From the NCBI GenBank assembly GCA_964421015.1, contig CAYQUS010000001.1, forward strand, positions 236,726-300,725: a stretch of DNA of 64,000 nt, written 5' to 3'. The translations under genes and the position numbers were made by a program. Positions 58,399 through 64,000 of this stretch are shown here, piece by piece. The DNA comes from an uncultured Planctomycetia bacterium (lineage in GTDB: Bacteria; Omnitrophota; Gorgyraeia; Tantalellales; Tantalellaceae). The notes beneath the pieces were generated by a model that was not told where the DNA came from, did not search any database, and worked only from the letters and a program-made list of their open reading frames with translations. Position 1 is the first letter of the stretch. Each line of letters starts with the position of its first letter.

Positions 58399-59160
58399 CT
58401 AACTGATAGCTCCGCTTATGTATTCTTTGGTCATTTTTTCCTTTGGCGAATTAAATATAATGTCTGCAGGGCCGTGCTCAATAAGTTCTCCGAGATATAA
58501 AAACACCACATAATCCGCCAATCTTTTTGCCTGCCTCAAAATGTGCGTAACTATGATAGTTGTGTACCTCTTCTTAAGCTCAATAAAACGTTCCTCTATC
58601 CGCCTGCTGGAACTCGGGTCGAGGGCCGAAGTCGGTTCATCACCAAGAATGATCTCGGGTTCCACCGCCAGCCCTCTCGCCAAACACAACCTCTGCTGCT
58701 GACCGACAGATAATTTCGACGCCGGAGAGTTCAACCTGCCGCTGACCTCATCCCAAAGGCTTGCCTCCTTGAGATAATGCTCTACTTTAGCGTCTAATAA
58801 GTTTTTATCCTTAACGCCGTGTATGCGCATGCCATATGCCACATTGTCGTATATGGACATCGGAAGAGGATAAGGTTTCTGAGAAAGCAGGCCCATTTTT
58901 CTGCGTATATGGGTTACCTCGGCCTTAGGATCGAATATATTCTCACCATCTACCAAAACCTCACCCGTCACCTTTACTCCTTCGGTAGAATCTATCAGGC
59001 GGTTAAAGGATTTAAGAAGAGTGGTCTTTCCGCATCCCGATGGACCGATAATAACAGTTATCTTTTTGTCTGGGATATCTATGGATATATCCTTAAGGAT
59101 CCGGTGCTCGCCGTAACATACGTTCAATCCCCTTACGCTTATATGAGACCTGAATTCCAT
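58399..59160 (-). CDS. pstB: Phosphate ABC transporter ATP-binding protein
   Basis: 253 aa. GPSGCGKTTLLKSFNRL and PstB-specific C-terminal motifs. Confidence 0.9.
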   Translation of the reverse strand: MEFRSHISVRGLNVCYGEHRILKDISIDIPDKKITVIIGPSGCGKTTLLKSFNRLIDSTEGVKVTGEVLVDGENIFDPKAEVTHIRRKMGLLSQKPYPLPMSIYDNVAYGMRIHGVKDKNLLDAKVEHYLKEASLWDEVSGRLNSPASKLSVGQQQRLCLARGLAVEPEIILGDEPTSALDPSSSRRIEERFIELKKRYTTIIVTHILRQAKRLADYVVFLYLGELIEHGPADIIFNSPKEKMTKEYISGAIS

Positions 59161-59169
59161 GTTCTTCTC

Positions 59170-60021
59170 CTATTTTGTAACATTCCTCGACAAAAACCTT
59201 CCCAAAGATCTCACCGTAACGCTTATAAGAAGGATCATCACGGTAAGTATAAGTGCTGAGGCATAGGCCCTGTCCTGAACCTCGGGAAATGGCGTTCCCA
59301 GCTGAAAGAATATGGCAAGTGGCAAGGTGGCCGCGGGGCTCAAAAGCGACGAAGGAATGTTATCCGTAAAACCGGCGGTAAATATGACCGAAGCCGCGTC
59401 ACCTATCCCCCTCCCCAGAGATATCATCACCGCGGTCAAGATGCCGGGAATCACCTGTCGTACCATTACGTACACGGCCGCCTCGAATCTCGTAGAACCC
59501 AAAGAATATGAAGCCTCTAGAAGATCTTTCGGCACCATACGCATTACTTCGTCCATCGCCCTGCACATGATAGGAAGCACCAGAAAAGCGACTGTTATTA
59601 TCCCTCCCAAAAGCGAGGCTCTAAGGCCCAGGATAAGCATGATGGAAAACCCGAACGCTCCGTACACTATCGACGGAACCCCCCAAAGAACATCAAAAGA
59701 AAAACGTGTAAAAAACGCCCGCTTCGACCCTTTTTTTGCATAAATGTTTACGTACAGAACCACCGGAAGCGCCACGCATAATGAAAGAAGTATAGCTCCT
59801 GCCGAGATATATAAGGACCCGAGGATAGCGTTAAGCACGCCTCCTTCTTTTCCAAGATAAAACCCCCCTTTTGGTATTCGGGTTATCATGTCAAGATCCA
59901 GCGCCGGCAGCCCTTTAACAACTATGGCCGCCAATATAAGAAACAGCACAAAAACTACCATGAAAGTAGCGGACCGCATGACAAAAATAAATATGTTTTC
60001 CTCTATTTTCCTTCTGTCCAC
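59170..60021 (-). CDS. pstA: Phosphate ABC transporter permease
   Basis: 283 aa, 6-TM BPD-transporter type. Assignment rests on its position after pstC. Confidence 0.85.
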   Translation of the reverse strand: MDRRKIEENIFIFVMRSATFMVVFVLFLILAAIVVKGLPALDLDMITRIPKGGFYLGKEGGVLNAILGSLYISAGAILLSLCVALPVVLYVNIYAKKGSKRAFFTRFSFDVLWGVPSIVYGAFGFSIMLILGLRASLLGGIITVAFLVLPIMCRAMDEVMRMVPKDLLEASYSLGSTRFEAAVYVMVRQVIPGILTAVMISLGRGIGDAASVIFTAGFTDNIPSSLLSPAATLPLAIFFQLGTPFPEVQDRAYASALILTVMILLISVTVRSLGRFLSRNVTK

Positions 60022-60025
60022 AAAA

Positions 60026-60916
60026 CTACATACTCCTTTCCACCTTCAAGAGGATAAATCTTGAAATTACATTAAAGAATATGACCACAACAAGAAGTAT
60101 CAGTGCGGCGAAAAGCAAAGCCGAATCATAAAGCGGCACAGAAAGCATCTCCCCGTAGTTATTGGCTATGAGGGCCGGAAGCGGATATGCCGGATCAAAA
60201 AGAGATCCCGGCACTCTGGCAAGATTACCGGCAACCATAAGCACAGCCATAGTCTCACCGAAAGCCCTCGATAAGCCCAGTACCACAGCGGCAATTATTC
60301 CTGGCATGGACTTGCGGACCAGAACATATTTAACGGTCTGCCATTTGGTCGCCCCCAGAGAAAGCGACGCTTCCCTAAGCTCAACGGAAACTGATGAAAA
60401 AACCTCAAGAGAAACATGGATTATTACCGGAAGCACCATCACCGAAAGGACTATTCCTCCGGCCAATACGCTGAAGCCCGTCGAAACGCCGCCAAAAGCC
60501 GGAGCGGCATATCTTCTTATTAAAGGCACTATAACAAGCATTCCCCAAACACCGTATATTACGGAAGGAATACCGGCCAAAAGATCCAGAATGGACCGCA
60601 TGAATTCCCTCGGTCTGGATGACATATATTCCGAAAGATAAACCGAAACTAGAAGTGAGAGAGGCAGGGCTATGGCCATGGCAACCATAGTTACCCAGGC
60701 AGTTCCCATAATAAACGGGTAAAAACCGAACTCTCCCCTTGAAGGCCTCCACACACTTGAAAATAAAAGTTCGCTTAAGGGGCGCGTCATAAGAATAGGC
60801 CTTGCCCTATAGTAAAGCCCGGCTATCATCAAAAAAACTATAAGGCCCGAGAATATAACAAAAGTGAACATTACTTTTGAAGCGGCTTTATCTATCTGTA
60901 TCCTTCTATAAGACAT
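60026..60916 (-). CDS. pstC: Phosphate ABC transporter permease
   Basis: 296 aa permease. Assignment rests on its position after pstS. Confidence 0.85.
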   Translation of the reverse strand: MSYRRIQIDKAASKVMFTFVIFSGLIVFLMIAGLYYRARPILMTRPLSELLFSSVWRPSRGEFGFYPFIMGTAWVTMVAMAIALPLSLLVSVYLSEYMSSRPREFMRSILDLLAGIPSVIYGVWGMLVIVPLIRRYAAPAFGGVSTGFSVLAGGIVLSVMVLPVIIHVSLEVFSSVSVELREASLSLGATKWQTVKYVLVRKSMPGIIAAVVLGLSRAFGETMAVLMVAGNLARVPGSLFDPAYPLPALIANNYGEMLSVPLYDSALLFAALILLVVVIFFNVISRFILLKVERSM

Positions 60917-60951
60917 CTCGTTACCTTTTCAGTGTCCAAACCATAAAAAAA

Positions 60952-61908
60952 CTATTCCGCTTTTAGTTTTTCCAGTCCTTCGATAACCGATCTTTGCGAA
61001 AGCCCCACATACCCTGCCTCGGCAGTGAATTTCTGCCCATCGGTCAGGACCCATCTGATAAATTCAGCGACTAAGACCCTATCCGGCCTTCCCTTGCACA
61101 CAAAATACAGGTCTCTTGCGGGAGGAGAAGGATATTTTCCTTCGGCTATAGCCGAGACCATACTTGCCCTGTTGCCGTAAAAATCCTCTTCAGGATCTAT
61201 CTTACCGCTTCCGTTACTATCCAAAGGAACTATCCTGATACCGCTAAGCTGCTCCCCTGTCCCTGTGTCATAAGCGTAATTGATGTTGTTGAACCCGATA
61301 CCGTTAACATCGTTAATTACCGCTGAAGCAAGACCCGGATCCCCGTACACTCCGACACCCGCCAGATCCTCCTGCTTTGATCCAAGGAAACTTGCCCATG
61401 TCTCGGCCGCTCCGCATGAATCAGACCGTGTATACACATTGATCTCACCCTTAGCCATAGGCCCGGCCACATCGCTCCATTCGGTTATTTCCTCAGTTAT
61501 CCATATACCGGAGGCCTGCTCTTTGGTGATACCACGCGCTAAAAGTTCCGGGCAGGCCGGGTTCATGCTGTTAATAGTGGGAACCACAGCGTCTTTTACT
61601 ACCGCTACCCACCAAACACCTTTTTCTATCTCCTCGGGATATATTTCCCTGGAAACTTTACCTATATCTACCACCCCTGAAATGGCGTCAGCCATTCCTT
61701 TTCCCGCTCCGCCTGCCGAAATGTCTACACGAACCTCGGGATGCAGCTTTTGGAATTCTTCCGCCCATTTAACGGCCATAGGGTAAAGCGCCCATGCGCC
61801 TGACATAGTTATTGTGCCTTTAAGTTTCTGGCCGTCGTCACAGTAGACACGACCCCCAGAATTAAAGACCAAAGCTATAGCCATTAGTCCCGCCAAAAAC
61901 TTTTTCAT
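60952..61908 (-). CDS. pstS: Phosphate-binding protein. The start is at the ATG preceded by a GGAGGAAG SD; the track ORF to 62031 would overlap the Rrf2 gene.
   Basis: Signal peptide MKKFLAGLMAIALVFNSG, then the PBP fold with TITMSGAWALYP...SAGGAGKG. Confidence 0.88.
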   Translation of the reverse strand: MKKFLAGLMAIALVFNSGGRVYCDDGQKLKGTITMSGAWALYPMAVKWAEEFQKLHPEVRVDISAGGAGKGMADAISGVVDIGKVSREIYPEEIEKGVWWVAVVKDAVVPTINSMNPACPELLARGITKEQASGIWITEEITEWSDVAGPMAKGEINVYTRSDSCGAAETWASFLGSKQEDLAGVGVYGDPGLASAVINDVNGIGFNNINYAYDTGTGEQLSGIRIVPLDSNGSGKIDPEEDFYGNRASMVSAIAEGKYPSPPARDLYFVCKGRPDRVLVAEFIRWVLTDGQKFTAEAGYVGLSQRSVIEGLEKLKAE

Positions 61909-61984
61909 TGTCTTCCTCCGCTTCAAGTACATGTCTATCAACACCTCTTTACTGCCCGCTATATCCATCATACCTATACCGGAG

Positions 61985-62386
61985 TCATACAACATCCGAG
62001 AGTTTTGTTTCTTCCATGCGTTTAGCGACATAATCCCTTATGTCACGAAGTACGCATAGCACTTTCTTTTCTTTTTCAAGAGGCGTATGTGAAAAAAAAT
62101 ATTTACTCACTGATTCTACGGGTGCCAGGGCACCGTCCATCAGTCGGATTATCTCGGCCAGTGTGATAGCCTCCGGGGCCTTAGCCAGCATATACCCGCC
62201 TGTAGCCCCTCTTTTAGTTTTTATGTATCCGGTATTTTTTAAGATCATAAAGATCTGTTCGAGATATTTTTTTGAAAGGTCGTATTCCGAACAAATATCC
62301 TCTACTTTTACATACCCCTCTCCGGCGCGCCTGGCCATGTAGACAAGGGCCAGGATCGAATATTCACTTTTAGTCGTAAGTTTCAT
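61985..62386 (-). CDS. Rrf2-family (IscR/NsrR/CymR-like) transcriptional regulator
   Basis: 133 aa. The N-terminal wHTH reads KSEYSILALVYMARR...GATGGYMLAKAP. A GGAGG SD lies upstream. Confidence 0.82.
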   Translation of the reverse strand: MKLTTKSEYSILALVYMARRAGEGYVKVEDICSEYDLSKKYLEQIFMILKNTGYIKTKRGATGGYMLAKAPEAITLAEIIRLMDGALAPVESVSKYFFSHTPLEKEKKVLCVLRDIRDYVAKRMEETKLSDVV

Positions 62387-62404
62387 AAACCTCCATTAAT
62401 TATA

Positions 62405-62444
62405 TTGTCTATGGAAATTATAGACAAATATAAAAAAATTTCAA
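62405..62444 (-). promoter_or_regulatory. Promoter TTGAAA, 16 nt, TATAAT for the Rrf2-pst operon, with a perfect palindrome TTGTCTAT-N7-ATAGACAA (62405-62427) overlapping the -10. This is the likely Rrf2 operator.
   Basis: Read directly. Confidence 0.5.
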
Positions 62445-62465
62445 CTGATAAATGTGTTTTTACGG

Positions 62466-63716
62466 CTACTTTTCTACTGACGGTGAAACAGACATGCCTG
62501 CCGATATCCCGCAGGATGTCCAGAAAAGCATAGATATGGGCGTGCTGTAGAAATGGGTGTCGAAAAGGAACGTTACAAGAAGCGCCGCGGTACCGGAATA
62601 AAAACCAGCCATTAGGACATCTTCGCCTCTGCTCTCCCCCTGCAAGATGAACGCCCCTCGAAAAAACAGGACAATGAACACAAGAAAGGCCATCAGTCCC
62701 GCTAAACCAAGTTCGGAACACATCTGAAGGTAACAGTTATGCGGGTAGGAATATCCCTCCTTATGGGGATGTTTTTCCCTATTGACGGTATCATAAGTGT
62801 TAAGACCACTCCCAAAAAGAGGACGATCCCTGATCATTTCTAAAGCTTCCCCGGCGTACCGCAGTCTTCCTTTGAGACTATCATCGATAACAGTTCCCGG
62901 GTAAGAACTCCTTACAAATGTGGAAGTGATCGGCATTAGAAGAATAAAAACAGCTATCGGGGCTAAAAGCAGCATTACACGTTTCTTTTTAAGCAGAGAC
63001 GCCATAAATACACAGGCAGCGAAAAGCGCCAGCCATGACGCCCTCGAATAAGTCATGACAAGCGCTCCGGCTGCAAGAACCGTTCCCGCCACGGCGAGAG
63101 CCCTGACCCAAAGTCTACGTTCCGAAAAAATAACAGCCGCCCCTACAGGTATCACGAACGCCAGATAAGCACCAAGATCGTTAGGAAATTTCATGCTTGA
63201 TGTGATCCTGATCGTCTCGAGCGCTCCCTGCCCCCTGAAAAAAACATCCGGAGCAAAACCCCTTATGAGATCCCTCCCGTTAAAATACTGATAAAATCCG
63301 TTCACGGATATGAAAGCAGACATAATAAGCGCTGCCACCGCCATGGGTCGCGATCGGGTGCGGTCGAGGGAAACATAATTACGAACGGCAAAGTATATAA
63401 GCGCGCCTTCGAGCGTTTTGCCGAAAAACCCCCTTAAACTTTTCATGGGAACCGGAGAATAAAAGATAGAAAAGAACGCCAGAAGGATATACACGAGTAA
63501 AGCCATGTCACCTGTACTTGTGCGTAGATATCTCGGACGGTCAGAGGCAATAAGAAGAAAGTACAATACAAGGCTCACGGAAACCGATATTTCGACAAAA
63601 GAGACGGAAAAAGTCACGGCTGAAAGGACGGATATAAACGCCGCTAACAGTAAACGTTCCAGCGTATTTGACGTTATCTTGCTCAAAAACATATCCCTCC
63701 CCAGGTTCCCGGACAT
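62466..63716 (-). CDS. O-antigen ligase/polymerase-like (Wzy_C) membrane protein, second paralog
   Basis: 416 aa polytopic protein. It shares RPLFGSGLNTY...YPHNCYLQMCSELGLAG with the 53157-54395 protein. Confidence 0.75.
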   Translation of the reverse strand: MSGNLGRDMFLSKITSNTLERLLLAAFISVLSAVTFSVSFVEISVSVSLVLYFLLIASDRPRYLRTSTGDMALLVYILLAFFSIFYSPVPMKSLRGFFGKTLEGALIYFAVRNYVSLDRTRSRPMAVAALIMSAFISVNGFYQYFNGRDLIRGFAPDVFFRGQGALETIRITSSMKFPNDLGAYLAFVIPVGAAVIFSERRLWVRALAVAGTVLAAGALVMTYSRASWLALFAACVFMASLLKKKRVMLLLAPIAVFILLMPITSTFVRSSYPGTVIDDSLKGRLRYAGEALEMIRDRPLFGSGLNTYDTVNREKHPHKEGYSYPHNCYLQMCSELGLAGLMAFLVFIVLFFRGAFILQGESRGEDVLMAGFYSGTAALLVTFLFDTHFYSTPISMLFWTSCGISAGMSVSPSVEK

Positions 63717-63735
63717 GCCGGCCAGTCTTTATCCA

Positions 63736-64000
63736 TCACCTCGGACCGAATCCCGCAAGATCGAGCAACTTATGGCAGTCGGAAATGATCCGGTCATACA
63801 GCCTGCCCATTAACGAGTTGTCCCTGATAGTCCTGAACTTACAGAACGCGACCTTCCTGGAACGGAATCCGTTTTTTACGGCCGCGGCGCAAAAAAGCCT
63901 TTCCAGCGCATGAGCTATCGTCCCGTTCCGTCGTACCCGCCTGCCGCAAGGAAACTCCTCCCTCTCTATTCCCAGAGAAAAAACCGGCCTGAGAGCTTCC
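63736..64000 (-). CDS. 3' end of a CDS that extends beyond the right edge of the window (C-terminal 88 codons visible). Function unknown.
   Basis: Manual reverse-complement translation shows a stop-free frame ...LERLFCAAAVKNGFRSRKVAFCKFRTIRDNSLMGRLYDRIISDCHKLLDLAGFGPR*, ending 20 nt upstream of the ligase ATG. Confidence 0.35.
   Translation of the reverse strand, partial: EALRPVFSLGIEREEFPCGRRVRRNGTIAHALERLFCAAAVKNGFRSRKVAFCKFRTIRDNSLMGRLYDRIISDCHKLLDLAGFGPR

Noticed and set aside
50509-62486. Recurrence of AGTAG(G)AAA(A)GTAG at the 3' ends of two coding regions (50509-50530, 62466-62486) as well as in the two repeat leaders
   Set aside because: In the coding cases it encodes ...EK* with TAG as the stop codon. 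An 11-mer recurring within 64 kb is within chance expectation. Only the non-coding tandem arrays were kept as findings.
62383-62721. 112-aa minus-strand ORF ending ATGA-adjacent to the Rrf2 start
   Set aside because: It overlaps the 3' end of the ligase-like gene in another frame. The Rrf2 gene has its own promoter and SD inside it.
63505-63913. Two overlapping plus-strand ORFs (102 aa and 81 aa)
   Set aside because: They are antisense to the ligase-like gene start and to a stop-free minus-strand frame that continues off the right edge.

Overview
This 64 kb window is a densely packed, almost entirely minus-strand bacterial chromosomal segment. It is dominated by core biosynthesis and housekeeping genes. 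No rRNA, tRNA, CRISPR array or mobile element was seen.

Gene content, read 5' to 3' on the minus strand:
- A partial hisS at the left edge, then hup (HU) and dnaE.
- An IMPDH-family protein that lacks the CBS insert.
- A Na/Pi cotransporter fused to PhoU-like domains.
- A roughly 16 kb co-directional run with tiny gaps or 4-nt ATGA overlaps: argC-argJ-argB-argD-argF-argG-argH-lysA-dapF-dapA-dapB-dapL-folK-panC-nadA-nadX.
- rplM-rpsI, truA, asd, leuB-leuD-leuC (short-form LeuC).
- The only plus-strand gene, a GT39/PMT-family membrane glycosyltransferase.
- A dpp/opp-like peptide ABC importer.
- gap-pgk-tpiA-secG, a GT4, fmt, priA, a family-4 UDG.
- An envelope glycan/LPS-core-like cluster: UgtP-like GT28, gmhB, two uncharacterised membrane proteins, a GT2, a tandem GT2-GT2, a GT9 heptosyltransferase, an O-antigen-ligase-like protein, an initiating polyprenyl-P sugar transferase, and a GT4.
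- An Rrf2-family regulator heading pstSCAB, followed by a DUF2490 outer-membrane beta-barrel and a DUF45 HExxH hydrolase. The operon has no phoU.
- A second O-antigen-ligase paralog.

The unusual observations are:
- A self-contained two-gene cassette wedged between truA and rplM. Both products are about 57 aa: an AbrB/MazE-like swapped-hairpin protein and a ribbon-helix-helix protein, joined by an ATGA overlap. The cassette has its own perfect TTGACA-17-TATACT promoter threaded through 9-bp inverted and direct repeats. No toxin partner is recognisable.
- Tandem purine-rich, SD-like micro-repeats in two 5' leaders: (GTAGGAA)n before fmt and (GAGGTT)6 before the ligase-like gene.
- An Rrf2 regulator with a palindromic operator overlapping its own -10, placed at the head of the pst operon.
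- At least eight near-consensus sigma70 promoters (TTGACA/TTGAAC -35 with 16-17 nt spacing).
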